DNA of 19,018 nucleotides from Nitrospinota bacterium (GTDB lineage Bacteria; Nitrospinota; Nitrospinia; Nitrospinales; VA-1). Both the position numbers and the translations under genes were made by a program. Of the stretch, positions 1 to 8,684 are shown one piece after another; the first letter of the stretch is position 1; each line of letters begins with the position of its first letter. The stretch lies in contig JAYNIA010000049.1 in assembly GCA_038108555.1 (NCBI GenBank), positions 1 to 19,018 of the forward strand. The letters are read 5' to 3'. The notes under the pieces are model-generated. The model was not told the origin of the DNA and ran no database searches. It saw nothing but the letters and a program-made list of their open reading frames with translations.

Positions 1-17
1 TTTTGGATTCGACTCAC
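1..17 (-). CDS. Probable 5' end of tryptophan synthase alpha chain (partial; MSRIQ...)
   Basis: GTG start overlaps the trpB TGA stop (GTGA) and reads GTG AGT CGA ATC CAA. The position after trpB and an MSRI N-terminus are typical of TrpA. Only 5 codons are visible. Confidence 0.4.
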
Positions 18-1213
18 AAAGAAACTCCCATTCTATCTGCAATCTGATTAACATCCTTATCCCCTCGGCCAGATAAACAAACCAAAATGATCTCATCCTT
101 TTTCATCTTGGGTGCCATTTTAGCCACGTGAGCAATGGCATGTGCCGACTCGAGCGCCGGAATAATTCCCTCCTGGCTGGACAAGAGTTTAAAACCATCC
201 AATGCTTCTTGATCGGTAATAGTGACATACTCGGCACGACCTGAATCTTTTAAATAGCTATGCTCACATCCGACACCCGGGTAATCCAATCCAGCGGAAA
301 TGGAATGCGCTTCAATCACCTGCCCATCATCATCGTGAAGCAGATAACTCATCATTCCATGCAAGACACCTGCTGTTCCTTTGGTGAGGGAGGCTCCATG
401 CTTATCAGTATCAAGCCCAAGGCCTGCCGCTTCTACTCCAACAAGACTGACTTCCTCTTTATCAATAAATGGATAGAACAATCCCATCGAATTGCTTCCT
501 CCCCCTACGCAAGCCACACAGGTATCGGGCAGTCGGCCTTCCATCTCCATGATCTGACGTGTGGACTCCTCGCCAATAATTTTTTGGAAATCCCGAACGA
601 TCATTGGGTAAGGGTGAGGGCCGACCACGGAACCAATAATATAATGCGTGGTTTCAACGGTGGTTATCCAATTCCGAATCGCTTCGCTGGTGGCATCTTT
701 CAAAGTTCTTGTTCCACTGGTGACGGGGATCACATTTGCGCCTAGCAATCGCATTCGAAAAACATTCAAGGCCTGGCGCTTCATGTCTTCTTCACCCATG
801 AACACATCGCATTCAAGTCCGAACAAGGAAGCGGCGGTAGCGGTTGCCACCCCATGCTGCCCCGCTCCGGTTTCGGCAATCACGCGCTTTTTCCCCATTC
901 TTTGAGTCAACAATGCGCTACCAATCGTATTATTGATTTTATGGGCTCCGGTGTGGGTGAGATCTTCTCTTTTTAGATAAATTTTTGCACCGCCCAAATG
1001 CTCCGTGAGTCTCTCTGCAAAATATAAAGCTGTTGGCCGACCAACATAATGTTTTAAATAATAGTCGAGGTCTTCCTGGAATTTTGGATCCTTTTGCGCT
1101 TCTTCATAAAGTGTTTGCAACTCTTGTAAAGCAGGCATAAGAGTTTCGATCACAAACTTTCCGCCAAACTTTCCATAATGACCCTTGGAGTCCGGCATCC
1201 TATGCTTATTCAT
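14..1213 (-). CDS. trpB: Tryptophan synthase beta chain
   Basis: 399 aa. [13 protein letters not shown] (PLP lysine), [24 protein letters not shown] and LSGRGDKD motifs. ATGA overlap with the trpF stop. Confidence 0.99.
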   Translation of the reverse strand: MNKHRMPDSKGHYGKFGGKFVIETLMPALQELQTLYEEAQKDPKFQEDLDYYLKHYVGRPTALYFAERLTEHLGGAKIYLKREDLTHTGAHKINNTIGSALLTQRMGKKRVIAETGAGQHGVATATAASLFGLECDVFMGEEDMKRQALNVFRMRLLGANVIPVTSGTRTLKDATSEAIRNWITTVETTHYIIGSVVGPHPYPMIVRDFQKIIGEESTRQIMEMEGRLPDTCVACVGGGSNSMGLFYPFIDKEEVSLVGVEAAGLGLDTDKHGASLTKGTAGVLHGMMSYLLHDDDGQVIEAHSISAGLDYPGVGCEHSYLKDSGRAEYVTITDQEALDGFKLLSSQEGIIPALESAHAIAHVAKMAPKMKKDEIILVCLSGRGDKDVNQIADRMGVSL

Positions 1214-1842
1214 ATCCTTTTCCCCGTCTTTACAATATTCAAAAATTCTTTCATTTTCGTATGATCCTTAATTCCAGGTTGAGATTCTACCCCGGAACAA
1301 ACGTCCACTCCATAGGGTTGGACCCTACGAATGGCCTGCCTTACATTATTCGGCGTCAATCCTCCGGCAAGTATCACTGGACCGCATTTTTTGGCGGGAT
1401 GAACCAAATTCCAGTCAAATATCTTTCCCGTTCCACCCTTCTGTTCTTCAGAATAAGTATCCAAAAGAAAACTGCTGACCGGATAGTTGGAAAGGTTTTT
1501 TAAGGATTGCATATCCTTTACCCGGATCGCCTTTATCACTCGACGCCGGATTTTATTACAAAATGCGGGCGATTCATCCCCATGCAGTTGAATCCTGTCC
1601 AGCTTACAGCGATCTGCAATTTTATTTATTTGATCGGCAGTTTCATTTACAAACACACCTACGGTGTCCACAAACGGTGGTAGCTCTGCCACAATTTCCC
1701 GAACAGTTTTCATATTAACTGAGCGGGGACTTTTTTTGTAGAAAATAAACCCTATTGCATCCGCTCCCGACTCAACTGCAGCCAGGGCATCTTTTAAATT
1801 CGTCATTCCACAAACTTTGACCTGGGTGTCAGGACTCTTCAC
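1210..1842 (-). CDS. trpF: Phosphoribosylanthranilate isomerase
   Basis: [30 protein letters not shown] and GVDVCSGVE motifs. GTG start overlaps the trpC 3' end. Confidence 0.97.
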   Translation of the reverse strand: MKSPDTQVKVCGMTNLKDALAAVESGADAIGFIFYKKSPRSVNMKTVREIVAELPPFVDTVGVFVNETADQINKIADRCKLDRIQLHGDESPAFCNKIRRRVIKAIRVKDMQSLKNLSNYPVSSFLLDTYSEEQKGGTGKIFDWNLVHPAKKCGPVILAGGLTPNNVRQAIRRVQPYGVDVCSGVESQPGIKDHTKMKEFLNIVKTGKRI

Positions 1843-2626
1843 AGCCTAAAAGCTCCTTTAATTTCCCTGGTATATCTTTTGACACCATTAGACTTTCGCC
1901 TATCAAAAAAGCATGCACCCCTAAGGATTCAAACTCCGCAATTTCCTCTCGGCCATGAATCCCGCTTTCGCAAACAAGAACTTTATCTTTTTCCTGCAAG
2001 GCCATAGGCGCAAGACGTCTTGTAATTCCTAAATCTGTTTTCCCATTGGTCAGGTCACGGTTGTTGATTCCGATCAATCTAGCATTTGCCTTAAAAGCTT
2101 TTTCCATATCCCATTCGTTATGGGTTTCTATAATGGACGGCATTCCCAACTCTTCTCCCAGACCCAGCAAATCATTCATTTGGTTTTGTTCGAGCCAGGT
2201 GGCAATCAACAAAAACAGATCTGCCCCATAAGCACGTGATTCATACACCTGGTATTCATCAAAGATAAAATCTTTTCTTAATAGCGGTATGGGAGCTATC
2301 TTCCGAATTTTTTCTAAAGTTTCAATGCTGCTGCCAAAATAATTGCTCTCCGTTAAAATTGAAAGAGTGGCTGCACCGTTTTCAACATATTCCCTTGCAA
2401 TGACTTCAGCATTAAACCCTTCTCGAAGCTCACCTTTAAAAGGGGTTCTTGGTTTGATCTCAGCAATGATTCGAGAAGTTTCCCCTTTCTCAAATGCCTT
2501 GAATACATCTCGGACCGGTTCCTGATCTCCAATCCGAAGCTTAATTTCTGACAGAGGAAATTTACTTATAGTTCTCGGGAGTTCTTTCTTTTTATCCGCA
2601 AAAATTTGATCAAGAATATTTGACAT
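1829..2626 (-). CDS. trpC: Indole-3-glycerol phosphate synthase
   Basis: IIAEIK, SILTE..YF, LRKDFI, IGINNRDL and ESGI motifs. Start moved to ATG 2626 (MSNILDQI), 1 nt after the trpD stop. Confidence 0.97.
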   Translation of the reverse strand: MSNILDQIFADKKKELPRTISKFPLSEIKLRIGDQEPVRDVFKAFEKGETSRIIAEIKPRTPFKGELREGFNAEVIAREYVENGAATLSILTESNYFGSSIETLEKIRKIAPIPLLRKDFIFDEYQVYESRAYGADLFLLIATWLEQNQMNDLLGLGEELGMPSIIETHNEWDMEKAFKANARLIGINNRDLTNGKTDLGITRRLAPMALQEKDKVLVCESGIHGREEIAEFESLGVHAFLIGESLMVSKDIPGKLKELLGCEES

Positions 2627-2627
2627 C

Positions 2628-3641
2628 TTATGAATTGGAAACCCGACACAATTCTTCCAGTTTTTTCTTGGCCATTCCAGATCCAATCGATTTTGCTGCA
2701 ACCAGAATACCTTCTGAAATCGAACCCGCCTTTCCTCCTACGTACAATGCCGCTGCTGCATTCAGAATAACAATATCTGTTTTTGGCCCCGGTTCTCCAT
2801 TCAAAATATTACGAATGATCTCTGCATTTTCTTCCTGGCTTCCACCTTTTAAATCTTTAGCCGTGCACAACGAATAACCAAATTCTTTCGGAGTCAGGGA
2901 ATAGTTAATAACCTCTCCATTCTTTAGTTCCGCTACCTGGGTTTCGCCCGTCATTGTAATTTCATCCAACCCATCAAATCCATGAACCACCAAAGCGCGC
3001 CGACTTCCCAGATCACGCAAAACTTCAGCCAGAGGACTGACCCATTTGGAATCGAAAACACCCAATACCTGGGCATGTGCATTTGCGGGATTGGTTAGCG
3101 GACCCAGCAGATTAAAAATGGTTCGGAATCCCAACTCCTTTCTTACTGTCGCCGCATGTTTCATGGCCTTATGCATCAGAGGGGCAAAAAGGAATCCGAT
3201 CCCTGCCTCTTCGATGCAGGTTTCTACGGTAGGAAGAGAAGCATCGATATTGACTCCCAGACACTTCAGGACATCCGCACTGCCTGATTTACTGGAGACG
3301 GCGCGGTTTCCATGCTTAGCCACAGTCAACCCCGCACCTGCAACCACAAATGCCACCGCAGTAGAAATATTAAACGTGTCTGCCCCATCACCTCCGGTAC
3401 CGCAGGTGTCGACAATATTACTGGAACTAACCTTCACTTTTTCAGCCTTTGACCGCATCACTCTTGCCGCGCCCACGATTTCAGGAACCGTTTCGCGCTT
3501 GAGTTGCAATGCGGTTAAAAAAGCTGCAAATTGGGAATCGGCCACCTTCCCATCCATTATCAGGGTCATGGCAGCCATCATTTCATATTCAGTCAGATTT
3601 TCGCGTGCAACAACCTTATGAAGGATTTCCTGAAAGGACAT
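2628..3641 (-). CDS. trpD: Anthranilate phosphoribosyltransferase
   Basis: DTCGTGGD, FNIST, KHGNRAVSSKSGSAD, FNLLGPLTNP and GLDE motifs. ATG 3641 preferred over TTG 3647. Confidence 0.98.
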   Translation of the reverse strand: MSFQEILHKVVARENLTEYEMMAAMTLIMDGKVADSQFAAFLTALQLKRETVPEIVGAARVMRSKAEKVKVSSSNIVDTCGTGGDGADTFNISTAVAFVVAGAGLTVAKHGNRAVSSKSGSADVLKCLGVNIDASLPTVETCIEEAGIGFLFAPLMHKAMKHAATVRKELGFRTIFNLLGPLTNPANAHAQVLGVFDSKWVSPLAEVLRDLGSRRALVVHGFDGLDEITMTGETQVAELKNGEVINYSLTPKEFGYSLCTAKDLKGGSQEENAEIIRNILNGEPGPKTDIVILNAAAALYVGGKAGSISEGILVAAKSIGSGMAKKKLEELCRVSNS

Positions 3642-3643
3642 GA

Positions 3644-4210
3644 TCAACTATTCTCGATAAAATTCTTTAAAAGGTCTTTCCCGTTTGGAGTCAAAATGGA
3701 TTCCGGATGAAACTGCACTCCTTCCACAGGCAACTCCTTATGCCTGATTCCCATTATTTCATTATCATCACTTTCTGCAGTAATTTCAAAACAGTCTGGC
3801 AAAGTTTTTCGATTTAACACCAGAGAATGATAGCGGGTTGCAGTAAACGGGTTCGGCAAATCTTTAAACAATGTTTTTCCATCATGCCGTACTTCGGAAG
3901 TTTTTCCATGCATCAATTTTCCGGCTTTGATAATTTCCCCTCCGAAAGCGGCACCGACTGATTGATGGCCCAGACAGACCCCTAACAAAGGCACTTTGCC
4001 GGCAAAATGCTTGATCACTTCCACTGAAATCCCCGCCTTAGATGGTGTGCAGGGTCCGGGTGAAATGACAATCTTCTGCGGTTTTAAAGATTCGATTTCG
4101 GAAATGGATATCCGGTCATTACGTTCCACACGCATATCTGCGCCCAACTCACCCATGTATTGCACAAGGTTGTATGTAAAGGAATCGTAATTATCGATCA
4201 TCAGGATCAT
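3644..4210 (-). CDS. trpG: Anthranilate synthase component II (glutamine amidotransferase)
   Basis: [22 protein letters not shown] (catalytic Cys), RYHSL and QFHPES motifs. ATG 4210 forms an ATGA overlap with the trpE stop. Confidence 0.96.
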   Translation of the reverse strand: MILMIDNYDSFTYNLVQYMGELGADMRVERNDRISISEIESLKPQKIVISPGPCTPSKAGISVEVIKHFAGKVPLLGVCLGHQSVGAAFGGEIIKAGKLMHGKTSEVRHDGKTLFKDLPNPFTATRYHSLVLNRKTLPDCFEITAESDDNEIMGIRHKELPVEGVQFHPESILTPNGKDLLKNFIENS

Positions 4211-5691
4211 ACGACCCATCCTTTCTCAGCCAACTCGATGGCCTTTAACAGGGCCCGGCCTTTATTCATAGTTTCTTCGAATTCACTTTCAGGTACGGAG
4301 TCGGCAACAATACCTGCACCTACTCCAAGATAAGCTGTCTGGTCTTTTACCACCAGGGTACGAATCGCGATTGCCGTATCCATATTCCCCGAGAATCCAA
4401 TATATCCAACCGCCCCTGCATATAACCCTCGCCGGTTGGGTTCCATCTCTTCGATAATTTCCATCGCTCGGATTTTTGGAGCCCCCGAAACAGTCCCTGC
4501 AGGAAAAGTGGCTTCCAAAACATCAAAACAATCGAGCCCTTCTTTTAAAATTCCACGAACGTTAGAGACAATATGCATGACATGGGAATAACGCTCTACG
4601 GTAAAACTTTCATTTACTTCTACAGAGCCAATTTTAGCCACCCGTCCCAAATCATTTCTCCCTAAATCTACCAACATGATATGTTCTGCAAGTTCTTTTT
4701 CATCCTGCAGCAAATCTTTTTCGAGGGCCAGATCTTCCTCTTCGTTTTTTCCGCGCTTTCGCGTTCCGGCAATGGGTCGCACCTCAACTTTTTCCTCTTC
4801 CAGCCGTACCAGAATTTCTGGTGAAGAACCTACCACTTCGATATCACCAAATTTCAGGAAATACATATATGGAGAAGGGTTGATCGTTCTCAATGCCCGG
4901 TAAATATCAAACGCTTCTTTCTTAATTGCAAAGTTTAATCGTTGGGAAAGAACGACCTGTATCGCATCCCCCTCCAGAATATATTGTTTGATTCTTTCTA
5001 CTGCATTTTTAAATTTTTCTTTTTCAAAATTTGATTCAAATCCCGGATTGGCAGTTTCTTCATTTTGCTGAGATGCAATCTTGAGAGGCGTTTTTAATTT
5101 ATCTTCTAATAATCCGATTTTCTTTATAGTCTGCTGATAAATGGCTTCAATGTCATCGGAGTCGACAAATGCATTGGAAACCATTTTTATGGTTTGCGAA
5201 ACATTGTCAAAGACCAGCATGGTGTCTGTGATCATGAACTGGGAATCCGGCACGTTGAGATCATCCAAAGTATCTTCCGGCAGGTCTTCAAAGAAACGCA
5301 CCATGTCATAGCTGATGAATCCTACCGCTCCCCCGGAAAATCGGGGCAAACCGGGAACATCCACGGGATTGTAACGGGTCAGTATTTCCTTAATCGCACT
5401 GAGTGGAGTTCCAGAATCGATTTCCCTCTCTTCCCTTTTACCATTTTCGTCAATGGTTACCTTTCGGCCTTTACTGCTAACAACCACCGCAGGATCACAA
5501 CCGAGGAAGCAATATCGGGCCCATTTTTCTCCACCCTCAACACTCTCCAGAAGAAAAGAATAGTCTCCATCTCCTATTTTCATATAGGCAGAAACAGGGG
5601 TATCCAAATCCGCAAGAATCTCCTTATAGACCGGAATAAGATTCCCTTTTTTGGCCAGGTTTTTAAATTCTTCTAAAGAAGGTTTAAACAT
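4207..5691 (-). CDS. trpE: Anthranilate synthase component I
   Basis: LLES and NPSPYM (Trp feedback-site motifs), [21 protein letters not shown] and [10 protein letters not shown]. First gene of the trp cluster. Confidence 0.97.
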   Translation of the reverse strand: MFKPSLEEFKNLAKKGNLIPVYKEILADLDTPVSAYMKIGDGDYSFLLESVEGGEKWARYCFLGCDPAVVVSSKGRKVTIDENGKREEREIDSGTPLSAIKEILTRYNPVDVPGLPRFSGGAVGFISYDMVRFFEDLPEDTLDDLNVPDSQFMITDTMLVFDNVSQTIKMVSNAFVDSDDIEAIYQQTIKKIGLLEDKLKTPLKIASQQNEETANPGFESNFEKEKFKNAVERIKQYILEGDAIQVVLSQRLNFAIKKEAFDIYRALRTINPSPYMYFLKFGDIEVVGSSPEILVRLEEEKVEVRPIAGTRKRGKNEEEDLALEKDLLQDEKELAEHIMLVDLGRNDLGRVAKIGSVEVNESFTVERYSHVMHIVSNVRGILKEGLDCFDVLEATFPAGTVSGAPKIRAMEIIEEMEPNRRGLYAGAVGYIGFSGNMDTAIAIRTLVVKDQTAYLGVGAGIVADSVPESEFEETMNKGRALLKAIELAEKGWVV

Positions 5692-5733
5692 TGTAAAAAA
5701 TTACTCAGGTAAATTTTCCCAAATTAACTATAT

Positions 5734-5764
5734 AAAAAATAAAAAAAGCACAGGAAACCTGTGC
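5734..5764 (-). terminator. Intrinsic terminator or attenuator-like hairpin in the trpE leader
   Basis: Minus strand reads GCACAGG-TTT-CCTGTGC followed by TTTTTTTATTTTTT: a perfect 7-bp stem plus U tract, ending about 42 nt before the trpE ATG. Confidence 0.8.
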
Positions 5765-5829
5765 CCTTCAAACCATTCGCGGGGAGTGGATGCCTAAATG
5801 ATAAAATGGAATAATATCAAAGAGTTAGA

Positions 5830-5859
5830 ACCTTAACATCGGTCCCAAGCAGGTGTCAA
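5830..5859 (-). promoter_or_regulatory. Putative sigma70 promoter upstream of the trpE leader terminator
   Basis: Minus strand TTGACA (5859-5854), 18-nt spacer, TAAGGT (5835-5830) with a TGn extended -10. Confidence 0.55.
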
Positions 5860-5903
5860 GCAGTTTGCAGGGTCTTATTTAGGAGAAGCACCGCCCAAGG
5901 GAA

Positions 5904-6734
5904 TCATCCCTCCACAGGTTTCCAGTCTTCTCCATTCCAGTGTTGTATCAAACCATTATCTCCAACCGCATAAATATTTTCATCCGAGCTGCCCCAGATG
6001 GATGAGAAGTATTCCTTGGTATTCGATTCGATCCGGGTCCATTGATCCCCATCAAGATAAAGAATCATTCCCTCATCACCCACTGCAAAAACCATTTCTG
6101 GGGATGCCCCCCATACGTCCAGGAAGAATTCCATTGTCTGGGATGGCATTTCGGTGAACTCGGCCCCATTGTAGTGGAAAATGGCCCCTTCCGAACCGAC
6201 CATATAAATATTGTCTGGGGAAAATCCATAGACACCATAAAACTCAGCATTTGAATTAAAAGTCAGTCGCTGCCACTTATCCCCATCCTGTTTTAAGACC
6301 AACCCATCGTAGCCAACCGCAATCATTCCTCCTTCTTTGCATCCCCAAAGCCGGGTAACATCGGTATCGGTTCCGGTCTGTGTGAATTTCCAGGTACTGC
6401 CATCGTATCGCAAAATCTTTCCCAGTCTCGAGCAGGCATATATTTCATCGGGGCCCAGACCAAAAATGCCGGTCATTGGCGGAAGTTTTTCTGTTTCCAT
6501 CGTTGACCAGGATTTCCCATCATAATGGAGAATTCGTCCATCGGTAACCACTGCAAATACGTTGTCTGGAGCGCTCCCCCAGATATCCTTAAAAGTCCAG
6601 CGGCCATCAGTTTCCATTGCAGTCCAACTGTTCCCATCATAATTCAGCATGGTACCGTCGGCCCCACCTATAAAAATATTATTTTCATCCAACCCGAAAA
6701 TGGAAAGCAAATGATTGCTGGTTAATTCAGACAT
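5904..6734 (-). CDS. 7-repeat beta-propeller-like protein (IWG-x-S-x-DNIYAVG..G.ILHYDG..W repeats), paralog 1
   Basis: Seven tandem ~39-aa repeats visible by eye, 12 Trp, no signal peptide. ATG 6734 has GGAG 5 nt upstream and is preferred over TTG 6749. Confidence 0.85.
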   Translation of the reverse strand: MSELTSNHLLSIFGLDENNIFIGGADGTMLNYDGNSWTAMETDGRWTFKDIWGSAPDNVFAVVTDGRILHYDGKSWSTMETEKLPPMTGIFGLGPDEIYACSRLGKILRYDGSTWKFTQTGTDTDVTRLWGCKEGGMIAVGYDGLVLKQDGDKWQRLTFNSNAEFYGVYGFSPDNIYMVGSEGAIFHYNGAEFTEMPSQTMEFFLDVWGASPEMVFAVGDEGMILYLDGDQWTRIESNTKEYFSSIWGSSDENIYAVGDNGLIQHWNGEDWKPVEG

Positions 6735-6781
6735 AAAAACTCCAAACAATCCCTGAAGGGATTTAATATAATTAAAATTTG

Positions 6782-7618
6782 CTACAGCGACATATCATGC
6801 CACTGGTTTCCGTCAAAACGGAGAACCGTACCGTTTTCTCCTGCCACATAGATGTTGTCCGGCCCCAAGCCTTTAACCTTGGTAAAGTATTCCTCTTTAA
6901 TCGGGGTCACTTGTGACCATTTGTTGCCATCGTAATGCATCATGATGGAATTATCTCCAACGGTATAAATATTTTCATCGGAAGTTCCCCAAATGCTGAG
7001 CAGGTATTCCTCCGTGGGCGTTTCCATGGGTTTCCATTCTTCTCCGTCAAAGTGAAGAATCGTGCCATGCGACCCGCAAATATAAACATTGTCTGTTTTT
7101 GTTCCCCAGACACCGAAGAGGGAGATGGTTTCATCCGTCAATTCATCTTTGCGTTGAAACTGTTTGCCATCATAGAAACGATAAATCCCTTCTCCACCCA
7201 CCGTGTAGATATGTTCAATATCTTCTCCCCACATGCCAAACAGATCATGGATGGTATTCGGCTCACGATAATCCCATTTCTCTCCATTCCAGTAAAGCAT
7301 TCTGCCGCCAACGCCATAGAGGAAAACATTATTCTCATCAAACCCAAAGGCCGAGTTCAGTGAATCATAACTTCCCGTGTCTACCTGCTCCCAGACTTTC
7401 CCATCATATAAAAGGACGACCCCTCCTATTCCTACGGCGTAAATACAATTTTCATGAGGCCCCCAGATTCCCATCAGGGGATTGGTATTATCCGTACGCA
7501 CCGGCAGCCACTCTTCCCCGTCCCAATGCTGCGGCACACCATCTTTACCAACCACATAAATATTGTCTTCGCTGAAAGGCATGATATCCAGCAAATCCGG
7601 TTTTTCGCCTGTAAACAT
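6782..7618 (-). CDS. 7-repeat beta-propeller-like protein, paralog 2
   Basis: 278 aa with seven ~39-41-aa repeats of the same consensus, 12 Trp, acidic, no signal peptide. Confidence 0.85.
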   Translation of the reverse strand: MFTGEKPDLLDIMPFSEDNIYVVGKDGVPQHWDGEEWLPVRTDNTNPLMGIWGPHENCIYAVGIGGVVLLYDGKVWEQVDTGSYDSLNSAFGFDENNVFLYGVGGRMLYWNGEKWDYREPNTIHDLFGMWGEDIEHIYTVGGEGIYRFYDGKQFQRKDELTDETISLFGVWGTKTDNVYICGSHGTILHFDGEEWKPMETPTEEYLLSIWGTSDENIYTVGDNSIMMHYDGNKWSQVTPIKEEYFTKVKGLGPDNIYVAGENGTVLRFDGNQWHDMSL

Positions 7619-7636
7619 AATTCAGTCCAACGCGTT

Positions 7637-7676
7637 AAAAAAAGAAAGGGTCTCCGGTACAAACCGGAAACCCTTT
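7637..7676 (-). terminator. Intrinsic terminator after the LRR gene (possibly bidirectional)
   Basis: Minus strand AAAGGGTTTCCGGT-TTGT-ACCGGAGACCCTTT-CTTTTTTT. The single mismatch is a G.U pair only on the minus strand. A T run also follows on the plus strand. Confidence 0.85.
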
Positions 7677-7695
7677 TTTAAAATACATTAAATTT

Positions 7696-8604
7696 TTATT
7701 CCACCTGCTTGGGTTTATTGAAATAAATATTTTCCAGTTTCGGGAAGTTTTTGTTGTCCTTGAACAGAGCTTGGACTCCTTCACCGATATCATTATGGAT
7801 CAACACCAGAGTCTGGAGGTTAGGCAAGTTGGTTGAGTTTGCCAGAGCTTTGGCCCCTCGGTCCCCAAGTTCGGTTTCGTAAAGGTCCATCAAAGTAACA
7901 TTCTTGAAGTTTTCCGACTCAGCGATGATTTCAGCACCTCGAGGACCAATCGGGTTATAGGTCAAAGTCAATTGAGTGAGGTTTTTCAAAGTAGCCGAAT
8001 TGGCTATCGCGTCAATTCCCTCTTCTTCTATAAAATTCCAGTTGAGGTTCAACTCTTCTAGATTTGCAAGATTTTTTGAGTTGGCGATGGCAATGGCCCC
8101 CTTATCTCCCATTCCGTTTCTATATAAAGAGAGTTGAGTCAGGCGGGTCAAAGACTTTGATTCGGCAATGGCCTTGACACCTTCATCTCCTAGCTTGTCG
8201 CCGATCCAAAGAGAAACCAGATTTCCTAATATATTTGAATTCGCAATCGCTTTCGCCCCTTCTACTCCCACCTCATTGTCACTCAGAATCAATTCCGACA
8301 GGTTGAGCATGGTTTTGGATTTTGCCAGGGCGATGGCACCTTCATCCGTCACCTTATTTTTGAAAAGATTTAAAGCGGTTACGAACTTCATATGTTCACA
8401 ATCCAACAAGGCTTGAAGTCCTTTGTCCCCTATTTCATTGAATTCCAGAAAAACAGCGGTGACCCCTTTGATCTTATCCGATTGCATGATCTTGATCAGA
8501 TCATCATCATCCAGCTCTTTTTCTCTTAGATCGAGTTCATTATTTTCTGCGTTCAAACCCTGATCAATAATACTGTCTATATCTTTGACTTCATCATCAA
8601 GCAT
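7696..8604 (-). CDS. Leucine-rich repeat protein (RNI/GALA-like, ~27-aa repeats)
   Basis: About 9 repeats of LxxLxxLxLxxNxIGDxGAxAIAxSxx with an acidic N-terminus and no signal peptide. ATG 8604 lies 7 nt after GGAG; alternative GTG 8610. Confidence 0.9.
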   Translation of the reverse strand: MLDDEVKDIDSIIDQGLNAENNELDLREKELDDDDLIKIMQSDKIKGVTAVFLEFNEIGDKGLQALLDCEHMKFVTALNLFKNKVTDEGAIALAKSKTMLNLSELILSDNEVGVEGAKAIANSNILGNLVSLWIGDKLGDEGVKAIAESKSLTRLTQLSLYRNGMGDKGAIAIANSKNLANLEELNLNWNFIEEEGIDAIANSATLKNLTQLTLTYNPIGPRGAEIIAESENFKNVTLMDLYETELGDRGAKALANSTNLPNLQTLVLIHNDIGEGVQALFKDNKNFPKLENIYFNKPKQVE

Positions 8605-8633
8605 TGCCACACTCCGTCCTAATCCAGACTTGC

Positions 8634-8642
8634 TGGTATAAT
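8634..8642 (+). promoter_or_regulatory. Putative extended -10 promoter facing moxR
   Basis: TGGTATAAT is a perfect TGnTATAAT. No recognisable -35. Confidence 0.35.
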
Positions 8643-8656
8643 GGGTTAAGCCTGTT

Positions 8657-8684
8657 ATTTTATTTAAGTTAGGGCTCTTGTAAA
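8657..8684 (-). promoter_or_regulatory. Putative sigma70 promoter for the LRR gene
   Basis: Minus strand TTTACA (8684-8679), 16-nt spacer, TAAAAT (8662-8657). AT-rich context lowers specificity. Confidence 0.4.

Noticed and set aside
2627..2701. 25-aa N-terminal extension of TrpC in the ORF track (contains two Trp)
   Set aside because: Lies entirely within the trpD 3' end in another frame. ATG 2626 gives a normal TrpC N-terminus coupled to the trpD stop.
260..5676. Plus-strand ORFs opposite the trp genes (260..745, 3046..3621, 5194..5676 and others)
   Set aside because: Antisense shadows of well-conserved genes, with no motifs or independent signals.
5692..5903. Classical TrpL leader peptide, T-box or TRAP site
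   Set aside because: No short ORF with Trp codons (the only leader TGG follows an in-frame TAG), no T-box consensus and no NAG repeat array.
6935..7681. Long overlapping ORFs 6935..7363, 7099..7575 and others
   Set aside because: Antisense or alternative-frame shadows of the propeller gene.
5904..8604. CRISPR array or diversity-generating retroelement behind the repeats
   Set aside because: The repeats are protein-level and degenerate in DNA. No identical direct repeats, TR/VR pair or reverse transcriptase was seen.
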